Sequence record: OM632671.1
Direction: 5' to 3' (one strand)
DNA length: 64,000 nt
From: Escherichia phage BEU50
The position numbers were made by a program, and so were the translations under genes. Below the pieces are notes generated by a model. That model saw only the letters and a list, made by a program, of their open reading frames with translations, was not told the DNA's origin and ran no database searches. Positions 19,031 to 29,263 of this stretch are shown here, in pieces (within the stretch, counting starts at the first letter, position 1; each line of letters starts with the position of its first letter).

Positions 19031-19055
19031 AAGAAAAAAGGAGCCCGGCGGCTCC
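19031..19055 (-). terminator. rho-independent terminator candidate after gene 35
   Basis: GGAGCC-CGGC-GGCTCC hairpin followed on minus strand by TTTTTTCTT. Confidence 0.55.
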
Positions 19056-19061
19056 CTCAGT

Positions 19062-20177
19062 TTAAACTTCTCTAAATTCCTGTCCAAACACTTTACCAGT
19101 TTTAGACGATGCCTGTGTAGGAAGTACCATTATATCTGGAGGTGAAGCCGATTCACAGACATAATTAACGCGAATACCATTGACGCCAAATTCGGCAGGT
19201 TTTGAAATGCCGCCATTTCTTGATACTTCAGAAAAGCTTAAATTTCTCATACCGCCTTGACCCGCTTGGGCGGTTCTCTGTGTGTATATCGTAAATCCTA
19301 CTGCATTTTCAGGAACAACTACATAATCTTCTTTTAATTCCCAAGACCCAGCTTGCCCAGTAAACTCAGCTTGGGTCGAGGAAATATATCCATTTGATGC
19401 ATCATAAAAACGAATAGATATATTTGCAGTTCCAAGATCAAGTAAATCAGCATCAGCATATAGTTGTGCTTTAAGATAAAGAACATCACCAGGAATTAAA
19501 TTGTAGTCAGAAAGTTTACTTATAGCAGCTGAAGTTGGTAAACGCGCAATTTCATTATTAGTTCCACCAACCGCAGACATAAATTGCTCAACGCTTTCGT
19601 ATGTTCTTTTAGGAAATCCTGTAGCTCCGACGTCTTCTAAACTATCAAATACAACATCTAAAATAGTTTGATAATCATCTGTGCTTTTTCTATTACTTAG
19701 TTTAACATGCTCTAATGCAATAGCTCTTTTAGAAGAAGTATAAAAAGCAGCATATGACACGTCAAATCTTGACAATACTGAATCTGATGGAAAAACTGAA
19801 GTTCCTGCTCCCCTTAACCAAGATACCACTTCAGGAGGAAAATTAACCTTTCCGCTAGTTAATATAGCAACAAGTCTATTGTTTGACAAAGAATTCATGA
19901 AACTGACAAAAGTGGTAGATGTTGTATTGTTTGAAGCAGAAAAAGCATATGACTTACTATCAACTAATGCTCCCGTAGAAGGGTCAAAAACTCTTAAATG
20001 AAGACCTGCACTAAATGTTTGATTTCCAACGGGATTATCCTGAAATTTAACATATGGTCCCGCAGTAGAAAGCGGGCAAGAACCCGCTATGCTTATTTTA
20101 TATCTTACTGAATTGCTTTCCGATAAAAATGGCGTTTGGACATATCCTTGTCCAAACTCTGCCATAAATTTTTCCAT
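19062..20177 (-). CDS. 35: long tail fibre hinge connector gp35
   Basis: 371 aa; synteny between gp34 and gp36. Confidence 0.85.
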   Translation of the reverse strand: MEKFMAEFGQGYVQTPFLSESNSVRYKISIAGSCPLSTAGPYVKFQDNPVGNQTFSAGLHLRVFDPSTGALVDSKSYAFSASNNTTSTTFVSFMNSLSNNRLVAILTSGKVNFPPEVVSWLRGAGTSVFPSDSVLSRFDVSYAAFYTSSKRAIALEHVKLSNRKSTDDYQTILDVVFDSLEDVGATGFPKRTYESVEQFMSAVGGTNNEIARLPTSAAISKLSDYNLIPGDVLYLKAQLYADADLLDLGTANISIRFYDASNGYISSTQAEFTGQAGSWELKEDYVVVPENAVGFTIYTQRTAQAGQGGMRNLSFSEVSRNGGISKPAEFGVNGIRVNYVCESASPPDIMVLPTQASSKTGKVFGQEFREV

Positions 20178-20185
20178 AATACCTC

Positions 20186-23100
20186 TTATTCAACCCATTC
20201 AAATTTAACAGTTTTATTCACTGGGTCAGGAATAATGCGAACATTACCAATTCGTAAGAAATCACGAATAGTAAGATTACCTATTATTCCATTATCAGAT
20301 GGGATTGCTCCTATATCCGAAGGTTGAGGAGGATTACCTCCATCGAATACCTGAACAAAACTTGACCAAGAGTTTTTGGTTTTCTGCCATGTACGTGTCC
20401 AGCGAGTGGTACGTGCTTCTGGGGTCGTTGGATAAGTAATCCAATCTTGGTAAAGTGAATCAAGTGTGTTACCAAACTGAGTCAATGTACCAGGAGATTT
20501 AACTTCTTCACCGCGTTCTAAATATGGAAGTCCAGTCACTTCATTAGTTTTTTCAACCATTTTAAAATAACCCGGGAACTGGTTATAAGTGGCTGAATCA
20601 TTAATATCGATTGACCAGAATCCTACAGTATCAGATGTTGGCGCACGGGTATATAAATCAGATGTTTTAACACCTTGAGAACGAATTCTCGAGTTAACAG
20701 TTAAACCGCCTGAACTTATAGTAGCACCTTTTGCAATGATTAAGCTTTCACCAATCGTTACTTGGCCAGATGCATTATTAATAGATAAAGGACGTAATCC
20801 ATTAAATCCGCCAGTTTGATCACCCGATGCAGTAAGCATAAAATTCGTTACTGACCCATCATTGCGAACAATGAAACCATAATTTCCGTTAATAGCACGG
20901 AAAGCATTTGCGCTTCGAGAAATAATTTCACCAGTTGCAGTGACTGAATTACCAAATGTTGCTACACCATTTGCATTCAATGTTCCTGAAGCATTAACAT
21001 TTATCGGTGTTACTGTACCGTTGATATTAAATGTTATATTTCCAGCTTTATTACGCTGAGAATAAAAATGACTAGACGTTTCATCACTAACTTCAAATAC
21101 GGTAGAACGTGTTGTGTCTGATTCCCCACTAAATTGATTTCCCCACACTCTGACTGTCATCGTTTGAGCCGGGTTTGTTCCAGTTTGAGGTCCTTTCTCA
21201 AAAATCAATCGAGTTGCCGTTCCAGTATTAGAAATAGTTAATGTACTATTTGCTGAAACTGATCCACCGAATGTAGCAGTACTAGATGATACAAGAGGGG
21301 CACTCAGATTCGTTTGTTGGGTTAAGGTTAGTGAACCATTAACTGTTTGTGCAATGTCCCTACGAATGAACTGGAGCGAATCTAGACCATCTAATAAATT
21401 ACTATCTACAGCTTTTGCTTTTAATGGCAAATAATTTGCTAATACGCGATTTAATTCATATGGTGATACTGCATAACCATTTTTCTCATATGATTCTAAT
21501 GGTTGTGTTGAACCTACCGTATCATTACCAACGAATGTAATTGAACCAGATGAAGTTTTAACAAACCCTCTTATCAGAGTAGTTGCTGCCCAAGTTGGTT
21601 CACTCTGCACAATCCATTTTAAATTTTTTGGAGATACAGCAGTATTTGCTGATGTTCCAGTCACAGTTTCAGACTGAGTTGCAACTTTAATAACACCTTC
21701 CTGTGCTTCAGTAGATTTAGTACCTAAAAGCTTTTTAGGAGTTATTAAAACATTATCTAATGTTCCTGCAGCAGCTTCAACTTGTGTAGCTACACGAAGT
21801 GTACCACGCTGTGTCTCATTTGCTTCAAGAATATTAAGTGTATAATGGTCCCAGAGAGTTCCTGATTCAACTAATCCAGATAGAGCAACAACAGAAGTAC
21901 GATCAGTACTATTAAATCTAGTTTTAATTTTTAATGGTGTAGAGATGCGAGTATCGTCGACGCCTGCGTCGAATTCAACTTGCGTAGCAATTTCAGCTAT
22001 ACCACTTAAACTTTCAGTTGCTCTACGGTCATTTAAAGTTTTAGGAGTGACTGCACGAGTATAGTCAGTTCCTGTGTTAACTTCACTTTGCGTAGCAATT
22101 TCAATTAAACCAATTCTTCCATCAGTTGATGTCTTTTTATGTAACGTTTCTGGCGTTACAACCGCATTTGCCCATCCTTCTTGGCTTTGTCCAGCAATTA
22201 CTTCACTTTCAACTGCTAAAATTACTGCGCCTTGTTGCGTTGGAGTAGCTTTATACTGATCCAAAGCTTTAGGTGAAACAACTAAATTATTAGTGTTTTT
22301 ATTATAAACATTCGTACCATTTAATTCACGGCTAGAAGCTGGAGTAGCTCCTGCAGTAGATACATAAGTTACAATACCAGATAATGATTCAGAACCTTGG
22401 CGAGCTTGAAGCTTTTTAGGAGTGATGATTGTAGTATCATCAGTACCTGTATTAGTTTCCTGCTGCGTAGCAATTTCAGCGACACCTCTACGAGTTTCTG
22501 TAGCAGTTCTTTCATTCAGCTTTTTAGGAGTGATGATAAGGTCATCTGCAAAAGAGAATGTGGTGTTCTGATTCACTTGAGCAGTAGTTGCTATTCTTGC
22601 AATACCTCTGCGAGTTTCTGTAGCAGTACGATTAGCTAACGTTTCTGGAGTAATTGCTAATTCTTTTTGTGGAGAATTTTCTAAATCAGCATTTGCTTGA
22701 GCTTGCGTAGCTAAAGCAATTACGCCTAATCTTGCTCTAGTAGAAGCATTTAAAGAGTCTACTCTTTCTACAGTTGGAACGTTTTGCTGTACAACCCAGC
22801 ATTTTCCATCAGAATCTTCTATATAAGCAAGTTGTAAAACTGGAACATAATTAGTTTCACCGTTAAAAACTAATTCTTGAACTGTTACCCATTCAGCTTC
22901 AGGCGGATATTCTGAACGTTTTGGGAATTGCAGCAATTGAACTGAGGAAGCAATTTTATCTTCACCTGCAGCTTTGATTTTAACTGTTTGTCCTTTTCTC
23001 ATGTAATTCATGGAAATTTTAACAGTATCACCAACAGAAATATCAGTCGGAAGCTGAAGTTCAATTGTTTGGGTTGTTCCATTATTCGCGCCAAATACCA

Positions 23101-24055
23101 TGACTTCTTCATTTGGACGAATATTAGAATTAGTTGTTATAATGCGTAAACGTGCTTTACTATCCCCGTCAAACAATCTCCACAATTTCTCATTATCATC
23201 AAACATCAAGAAACCGTCAATCGATGTACGGCCTTCAATGGAATGAGTTCCAACTTCTTGCACTGACGTTGTTTCATCATATGTCGTAACAATTGTATGA
23301 TAAAGTGGATTTAATTTATCTAAATCAACGAAATTAATGATATCTCCATGATTGGCAAATCTTGGAAGCTTAACATTAATCGGCGCGGCAGAAGTAAATC
23401 TACGTACGATAAAATCATTAGATTGTGCTTGATATGCAGTCGATGGAGTAACAATCGCAGCTTCTCTGCTATAATCAGCAATATACATTTGCCACAAACG
23501 ATTATTAAAAATGAATACCATCTGTGACTTTGGATGAGTCATTAAAACTGAACGTACCTGTTCACCTCTAAAATTGACAATACTCTGATTTGAAGAATTT
23601 ATTTTAACCTGATTTATGCCAGGTTTTCCACCGATATCTTGAATTATTACGGTTTCTCCATCAAGCGGAGAAGGTGGTAAAGTAAACTCAATGTCATTGC
23701 CAACTGATGTATCTACTGAAATTGCTTCTCCGGATTTTAATTGATATGGTCCAGATGATACGGTTGTATATACAGCATCAGTACGTAATGCTTTCCAACG
23801 AATTCTATTAAAATTTCCAGCAGGTTTTGGAATATTATCCGTTGCTGCCCAAAAACGATTATTATAAATGATTACAAAATCTTTTAAATATCCACGAGTT
23901 GGATCATATTGCTGAACTGTGTTTTCTTGAATTAAGTAATCAACGTTAACACCGTCAGTTCCTACGGTACGATCAGCTAAAGCTACGTTGATTATTTTAT
24001 CGCCACCTGCGTCCAGACCATCTTCTGCTCTGAACTTTCTTTTAATCTCGGCCAT
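20186..24055 (-). CDS. 34: long tail fibre proximal subunit gp34
   Basis: 1289 aa; N-terminus MAEIKRKFRAEDGLDAGGDKIINVALADRTVGTDGVNVDYLIQ and C-terminus KTVKFEWVE match T4 gp34. Confidence 0.92.
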   Translation of the reverse strand: MAEIKRKFRAEDGLDAGGDKIINVALADRTVGTDGVNVDYLIQENTVQQYDPTRGYLKDFVIIYNNRFWAATDNIPKPAGNFNRIRWKALRTDAVYTTVSSGPYQLKSGEAISVDTSVGNDIEFTLPPSPLDGETVIIQDIGGKPGINQVKINSSNQSIVNFRGEQVRSVLMTHPKSQMVFIFNNRLWQMYIADYSREAAIVTPSTAYQAQSNDFIVRRFTSAAPINVKLPRFANHGDIINFVDLDKLNPLYHTIVTTYDETTSVQEVGTHSIEGRTSIDGFLMFDDNEKLWRLFDGDSKARLRIITTNSNIRPNEEVMVFGANNGTTQTIELQLPTDISVGDTVKISMNYMRKGQTVKIKAAGEDKIASSVQLLQFPKRSEYPPEAEWVTVQELVFNGETNYVPVLQLAYIEDSDGKCWVVQQNVPTVERVDSLNASTRARLGVIALATQAQANADLENSPQKELAITPETLANRTATETRRGIARIATTAQVNQNTTFSFADDLIITPKKLNERTATETRRGVAEIATQQETNTGTDDTTIITPKKLQARQGSESLSGIVTYVSTAGATPASSRELNGTNVYNKNTNNLVVSPKALDQYKATPTQQGAVILAVESEVIAGQSQEGWANAVVTPETLHKKTSTDGRIGLIEIATQSEVNTGTDYTRAVTPKTLNDRRATESLSGIAEIATQVEFDAGVDDTRISTPLKIKTRFNSTDRTSVVALSGLVESGTLWDHYTLNILEANETQRGTLRVATQVEAAAGTLDNVLITPKKLLGTKSTEAQEGVIKVATQSETVTGTSANTAVSPKNLKWIVQSEPTWAATTLIRGFVKTSSGSITFVGNDTVGSTQPLESYEKNGYAVSPYELNRVLANYLPLKAKAVDSNLLDGLDSLQFIRRDIAQTVNGSLTLTQQTNLSAPLVSSSTATFGGSVSANSTLTISNTGTATRLIFEKGPQTGTNPAQTMTVRVWGNQFSGESDTTRSTVFEVSDETSSHFYSQRNKAGNITFNINGTVTPINVNASGTLNANGVATFGNSVTATGEIISRSANAFRAINGNYGFIVRNDGSVTNFMLTASGDQTGGFNGLRPLSINNASGQVTIGESLIIAKGATISSGGLTVNSRIRSQGVKTSDLYTRAPTSDTVGFWSIDINDSATYNQFPGYFKMVEKTNEVTGLPYLERGEEVKSPGTLTQFGNTLDSLYQDWITYPTTPEARTTRWTRTWQKTKNSWSSFVQVFDGGNPPQPSDIGAIPSDNGIIGNLTIRDFLRIGNVRIIPDPVNKTVKFEWVE

Positions 24056-24089
24056 TCTCCCGGGCTCCTATTGTGTTTTCAATAATAAG

Positions 24090-24097
24090 TATTTATA
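24090..24097 (-). promoter_or_regulatory. late promoter TATAAATA (gene 34)
   Basis: TATTTATA on plus strand, about 35 nt upstream of gp34 ATG. Confidence 0.55.
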
Positions 24098-24100
24098 CTT

Positions 24101-24130
24101 GTTTACTTTAAGATTTAGATAGTATATAAT
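24101..24130 (+). promoter_or_regulatory. T4-type early promoter candidate (rnh)
   Basis: GTTTAC 24101-24106, TATAAT 24125-24130. Confidence 0.5.
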
Positions 24131-24159
24131 AGAAATCTCACTAATTGAACGAGGTTCAT

Positions 24160-25077
24160 ATGGATTTAGAAATGATGTTGGATGAAGATTACAAAGAAGG
24201 AATTTGCTTAATTGACTTTAGTCAGATTGCGCTTTCAACTGCTCTGGTAAACTTCCCAGATAAAGAAAAAATTAATTTATCAATGGTTCGTCATTTGATA
24301 TTGAACTCAATTAAGTTTAATGTCAAAAAAGCAAAAACGCTTGGATACACTAAAATTGTGCTGTGTATTGATAACGCGAAATCTGGATACTGGCGTCGTG
24401 ATTTTGCTTATTATTATAAGAAAAACCGTGGAAAAGCACGAGAAGAATCTACTTGGGACTGGGAAGGTTATTTTGAATCCAGCCATAAAGTTATAGATGA
24501 ATTGAAAGCTTATATGCCATACATTGTTATGGATATTGATAAGTATGAAGCAGATGACCACATTGCTGTTCTTGTTAAAAAGTTCTCTTTAGAAGGACAT
24601 AAGATTTTAATCATTTCATCGGATGGTGACTTTACACAGCTTCACAAATATCCAAATGTTAAGCAATGGTCACCGATGCATAAGAAATGGGTTAAAATTA
24701 AAAGCGGTTCTGCTGAAATTGACTGTATGACTAAAATCCTTAAAGGCGACAAAAAGGATAACGTTGCTTCAGTTAAAGTACGATCTGACTTTTGGTTTAC
24801 CAAAGTTGAAGGTGAACGGACTCCTTCAATGAAAACTTCAATCGTTGAAGCTATTGCTAATGATCGTGAGCAAGCTAAGGTGCTTCTCACAGAATCTGAA
24901 TATAATCGTTATAAAGAAAATTTAGTTCTAATTGATTTTGATTATATTCCTGATAATATTGCTTCAAACATTGTGAATTACTATAATTCATATAAATTAC
25001 CACCGCGTGGCAAAATTTATTCATATTTTGTAAAAGCGGGTCTTTCTAAATTAACTAATAGCATTAATGAATTTTGA
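24160..25077 (+). CDS. rnh: RNase H (5'-3' exonuclease, FEN family)
   Basis: 305 aa from ATG 24160 (ORF-track 24145 is TTG); MDLEMMLDEDYKEGICLIDFSQIAL matches T4 RNase H. Confidence 0.9.
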   Translation: MDLEMMLDEDYKEGICLIDFSQIALSTALVNFPDKEKINLSMVRHLILNSIKFNVKKAKTLGYTKIVLCIDNAKSGYWRRDFAYYYKKNRGKAREESTWDWEGYFESSHKVIDELKAYMPYIVMDIDKYEADDHIAVLVKKFSLEGHKILIISSDGDFTQLHKYPNVKQWSPMHKKWVKIKSGSAEIDCMTKILKGDKKDNVASVKVRSDFWFTKVEGERTPSMKTSIVEAIANDREQAKVLLTESEYNRYKENLVLIDFDYIPDNIASNIVNYYNSYKLPPRGKIYSYFVKAGLSKLTNSINEF

Positions 25078-25085
25078 GGTGAATA

Positions 25086-25355
25086 ATGGCTAAAAAAGAA
25101 ATGGTTGAATTTGATGAAGCTATCCATGGCGAAGACTTGGCTAAATTTATTAAAGAAGCATCTGATCATAAACTGAAAATTTCCGGTTATAATGAACTGA
25201 TTAAAGATATTCGAATTCGTGCTAAAGATGAACTTGGCGTTGATGGTAAGATGTTTAATCGTCTATTAGCTTTGTATCATAAAGATAACCGTGATGTGTT
25301 TGAAGCTGAAACTGAAGAGGTAGTTGAACTTTATGACACAGTTTTCTCTAAATGA
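25086..25355 (+). CDS. dsbA: double-stranded DNA binding protein DsbA
   Basis: 89 aa; size and position between rnh and gene 33. Confidence 0.7.
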   Translation: MAKKEMVEFDEAIHGEDLAKFIKEASDHKLKISGYNELIKDIRIRAKDELGVDGKMFNRLLALYHKDNRDVFEAETEEVVELYDTVFSK

Positions 25356-25671
25356 CATTCGTCCGGTCGATGAGACCGGTCTTTCAGAAAAAGAACTTTC
25401 AATTAAGAAAGAAAAGGATGAAATAGCAAAGCTTCTTGATCGTCAAGAAAATGGATTTATTATTGAAAAAATGGTAGAAGAGTTTGGAATGAGTTATCTT
25501 GAAGCTACAACAGCATTCTTAGAAGAAAATTCTATTCCTGAAACTCAATTTGCTAAATTTATTCCTTCGGGTATAATTGAAAAAATTCAGTCAGAAGCTA
25601 TTGACGAAAATCTTTTACGTCCTTCTGTTGTTCGTTGTGAAAAAACTAATACATTAGATTTTCTACTATGA
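25333..25671 (+). CDS. 33: late transcription co-activator gp33
   Basis: 112 aa from ATG 25333 (MTQFSLNDIRP...); C-terminus ...TLDFLL. Confidence 0.75.
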   Translation: MTQFSLNDIRPVDETGLSEKELSIKKEKDEIAKLLDRQENGFIIEKMVEEFGMSYLEATTAFLEENSIPETQFAKFIPSGIIEKIQSEAIDENLLRPSVVRCEKTNTLDFLL

Positions 25672-25727
25672 TTAAACTCCGCATGCCTGCTGGTGGTGAA
25701 AGATACATTGATGGTAAATCAGTTTAG
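25668..25727 (+). pseudogene. 59: helicase loader gp59, first 19 codons only
   Basis: [19 protein letters not shown] matches gp59 N-terminus, then TAG; ATG overlaps gp33 stop. Confidence 0.6.
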
Positions 25728-25810
25728 TGAGTATTTTGATAATAAAATTTCTACAGTTAAAACTTCTTCTGATTGTTACTATGATATTACTGTTTTGACG
25801 GAAAAACAAT

Positions 25811-26137
25811 ATGTTGAATTATCACCGCGCGGGCCGTCTATGCCGGGTAGTGAATAAATATAAATCCGACTTTGATGTTAATATTCACCGTGGTACATTT
25901 TGGGGAAATTACGTCGGTAAAGATGCTGGCAGCCGGGAGGCTGCCATTGAATTATTCAAAAAAGATTTTATACGTCGAATTAAATCCGGAGAAATAACTA
26001 AAGCACATTTAGAGCCTTTACGTGGAATGAGGCTAGGATGCACATGTAAACCAAAGCCGTGTCATGGTGATATAATAGCTCATATAGTTAACCGACTGTT
26101 TAAAGACGATTTTCAAGTTGAGGACTTATGCAATTAA
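25811..26137 (+). CDS. conserved hypothetical protein (DUF4326-like Cys/His motif)
   Basis: [12 protein letters not shown] motif; overlaps nrdA start. Confidence 0.55.
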   Translation: MLNYHRAGRLCRVVNKYKSDFDVNIHRGTFWGNYVGKDAGSREAAIELFKKDFIRRIKSGEITKAHLEPLRGMRLGCTCKPKPCHGDIIAHIVNRLFKDDFQVEDLCN

Positions 26138-28392
26138 TTAATGTTATCAAAAGTAGTGGTGTTTCTCAGAGCTTTGACCCGCAAAAAATTATTAAAGTTT
26201 TATCTTGGGCAGCTGAAGGAACATCAGTAGATCCTTATGAATTATATGAAAATATTAAATCTTATCTCCGTGATGGAATGACAACTGATGATATTCAGAC
26301 TATTGTCATTAAGGCCGCTGCGAATTCTATTTCGGTTGAAGAGCCTGATTATCAATATGTAGCTGCACGCTGTTTAATGTTCGCTCTTCGTAAGCATGTT
26401 TATGGGCAGTATGAACCACGTTCATTTATTGACCATATTTCTTACTGCGTAAATGAAGGTAAATATGACCCTGAATTATTGTCAAAATATTCAGCAGAAG
26501 AAATTACATTTTTAGAATCAAAAATTAAGCACGAGCGGGATATGGAATTTACTTATTCCGGGGCGATGCAATTAAAAGAAAAATATCTAGTCAAAGATAA
26601 AACCACCGGTCAAATTTATGAAACTCCGCAGTTTGCATTTATGACTATTGGAATGGCATTGCATCAAGATGAACCTGTTGATAGACTAAAACACGTTATC
26701 CGTTTTTATGAAGCAGTATCCACTCGACAGATTTCATTGCCAACTCCTATTATGGCTGGTTGCCGTACTCCGACTCGACAGTTTAGTTCATGTGTTGTTA
26801 TTGAGGCAGGAGATTCATTGAAGTCTATCAATAAGGCTTCTGCTTCAATTGTTGAATATATCTCTAAACGCGCTGGAATTGGTATTAACGTTGGTATGAT
26901 TCGTGCCGAAGGTTCTAAGATTGGCATGGGTGAAGTACGCCATACTGGTGTTATTCCTTTTTGGAAACATTTTCAGACTGCAGTTAAATCATGTTCACAG
27001 GGTGGAATTCGTGGCGGCGCTGCTACTGCTTATTATCCTATTTGGCATTTGGAAGTTGAAAATCTTCTCGTTTTGAAAAATAACAAAGGCGTAGAAGAAA
27101 ACCGCATTCGTCATATGGATTATGGTGTTCAACTGAATGATTTGATGATGGAACGTTTTGGAAAGAACGATTACATTACTTTGTTCAGTCCCCATGAAAT
27201 GGGTGGAGAGCTTTATTATTCTTATTTTAAAGACCAAGACCGTTTCCGTGAATTATACGAAGCAGCAGAAAAAGACCCTAATATTCGTAAAAAGCGTATT
27301 AAAGCCCGTGAACTATTTGAATTGCTCATGACTGAACGTTCAGGAACAGCAAGGATTTATGTACAGTTCATTGATAATACGAATAACTATACTCCGTTTA
27401 TTCGTGAAAAGGCACCTATTCGTCAGAGTAACTTGTGCTGTGAAATTGCTATTCCAACAAATGATGTGAATAGTCCTGATGCTGAAATTGGATTGTGTAC
27501 TCTCTCTGCATTCGTACTAGATAATTTTGACTGGCAAGACCAAGATAAAATTAATGAATTGGCAGAAGTTCAAGTTCGTGCTCTTGATAATCTTTTGGAT
27601 TACCAAGGATATCCAGTTCCTGAAGCAGAAAAAGCTAAAAAGCGTCGTAACCTTGGCGTAGGTGTTACCAACTATGCAGCTTGGCTGGCAAGTAACTTTG
27701 CTTCTTATGAAGATGCTAACGATTTAACACATGAACTATTTGAGAGATTACAGTATGGACTCATTAAAGCATCCATTAAGCTCGCCAAAGAAAAAGGACC
27801 TTGCGAATATTATTCAGACACTCGTTGGTCTCGAGGCGAATTACCTATCGACTGGTACAATAAAAAGATTGACCAAATCGCAGCTCCAAAATACGTTTGT
27901 GACTGGTCGTCGCTGCGGGAAGACCTCAAGCTCTTTGGCATCCGTAATAGCACATTATCAGCACTTATGCCATGTGAGTCATCTTCCCAAGTTTCTAACA
28001 GTACAAACGGTATCGAGCCTCCACGTGGACCGGTAAGTGTTAAAGAATCAAAAGAGGGTTCCTTTAATCAAGTCGTGCCCAATATTGAGCATAACATAGA
28101 CCTCTATGATTATACGTGGAAATTAGCTAAGAAAGGTAATAAACCTTATCTTACGCAGGTAGCTATTATGCTGAAATGGGTATGTCAATCAGCTTCAGCG
28201 AATACATACTATGACCCGCAAATTTTTCCAAAAGGAAAGGTTCCAATGTCAATAATGATTGATGACATGCTATATGGATGGTATTATGGCATTAAAAATT
28301 TCTATTATCATAATACCCGTGATGGTTCTGGTACTGATGATTATGAAATAGAAACTCCAAAAGCTGAAGATTGTTCATCCTGTAAATTATGA
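26128..28392 (+). CDS. nrdA: aerobic ribonucleotide reductase large subunit
   Basis: 754 aa; ATP-cone N-terminus; active-site Cys motifs; C-terminal Cys pair CSSCKL. Confidence 0.92.
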   Translation: MQLINVIKSSGVSQSFDPQKIIKVLSWAAEGTSVDPYELYENIKSYLRDGMTTDDIQTIVIKAAANSISVEEPDYQYVAARCLMFALRKHVYGQYEPRSFIDHISYCVNEGKYDPELLSKYSAEEITFLESKIKHERDMEFTYSGAMQLKEKYLVKDKTTGQIYETPQFAFMTIGMALHQDEPVDRLKHVIRFYEAVSTRQISLPTPIMAGCRTPTRQFSSCVVIEAGDSLKSINKASASIVEYISKRAGIGINVGMIRAEGSKIGMGEVRHTGVIPFWKHFQTAVKSCSQGGIRGGAATAYYPIWHLEVENLLVLKNNKGVEENRIRHMDYGVQLNDLMMERFGKNDYITLFSPHEMGGELYYSYFKDQDRFRELYEAAEKDPNIRKKRIKARELFELLMTERSGTARIYVQFIDNTNNYTPFIREKAPIRQSNLCCEIAIPTNDVNSPDAEIGLCTLSAFVLDNFDWQDQDKINELAEVQVRALDNLLDYQGYPVPEAEKAKKRRNLGVGVTNYAAWLASNFASYEDANDLTHELFERLQYGLIKASIKLAKEKGPCEYYSDTRWSRGELPIDWYNKKIDQIAAPKYVCDWSSLREDLKLFGIRNSTLSALMPCESSSQVSNSTNGIEPPRGPVSVKESKEGSFNQVVPNIEHNIDLYDYTWKLAKKGNKPYLTQVAIMLKWVCQSASANTYYDPQIFPKGKVPMSIMIDDMLYGWYYGIKNFYYHNTRDGSGTDDYEIETPKAEDCSSCKL

Positions 28393-28443
28393 TATAATTT
28401 GACTCATGGACGAGTCACTATCTATTAACTAAGTGGAAAATTT

Positions 28444-29118
28444 ATGAGCACAGTTTTTAATACAAACCCAGTTGATGTTTTAAAAGAACCTATGTTTTTT
28501 GGTTCAGGTCTTGGTATTGCGCGTTATGATATTCAACGCCATAAAGTTTTTGAAGATTTGACCGAAAAGCAATTGTCATTTTTCTGGCGTCCTGAAGAAG
28601 TAAACTTAATGATGGATGCTGCACAGTTTAATAAGCTTCCTCAGTATCAGCAAAATATTTTTACTAATAACCTGAAGTATCAATCACTTTTGGATAGCAT
28701 TCAGGGTCGTGCGCCATCTGCTGTACTTATGTCATTAATTTCAGACCCGAGTCTTGATACATGGGTTGCTACATGGACTTTTAGTGAAACTATTCACAGC
28801 CGTTCATATACACATATCATGCGAAATCTTTATACTGATCCATCGAAGGTATTTGATGAGATTGTATTAGATGAAGCTATTATGAAACGTGCTGAATCTA
28901 TCGGTCGCTATTATGATGATGTTCTGATTAAAACCCGTGAATGGGAAAATGCTAAAGAATTTGTAGAACTAGCTAAAGAATCTCCTGATGCTGTCTTTCG
29001 TTTAAACCGAGCTATTAAACAAGAAGCCGAAGCTAAACGTGCTTTAATGAAATCTCTTTACCTCTGTTTGCACGTTATTAATGCCTTAGAAGCATTCGTT
29101 TTTATGTATCTTTTGCGT
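28444..29118 (+). CDS. nrdB: ribonucleotide reductase small subunit, exon 1 (apparent -1 frameshift near 29094)
   Basis: R2 di-iron family; frame gives ...NALEA then off-frame, while the conserved IRFYVSFA continues in the -1 frame up to the 5' splice site. Confidence 0.8.
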
Positions 29119-29228
29119 AAAATGCGCCTTTAAACGGTAACGTTTATCGAAAACTCCTTTAATTGCTGGAAAGTCCTTTATAGGAAAACTAGCAGCCAAG
29201 GTTTTGCTTGCACCTTTAATTAGTATAA

Positions 29229-29236
29229 TATAAATA
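29229..29236 (+). promoter_or_regulatory. late promoter-like TATAAATA upstream of intron ORF
   Basis: TATAAATA about 28 nt before the intron ORF start. Confidence 0.4.
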
Positions 29237-29263
29237 TGGTTATACTTTTAAGAGGATGCACAA

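Noticed and set aside
20186-24055. Possible CRISPR-like or tandem DNA repeats inside gene 34
   Set aside because: The periodicity is protein-level repeats of the fibre shaft (recurring ...TPKKL..RTATETRRG..EIAT... units) inside one continuous ORF; no spacer-repeat architecture.
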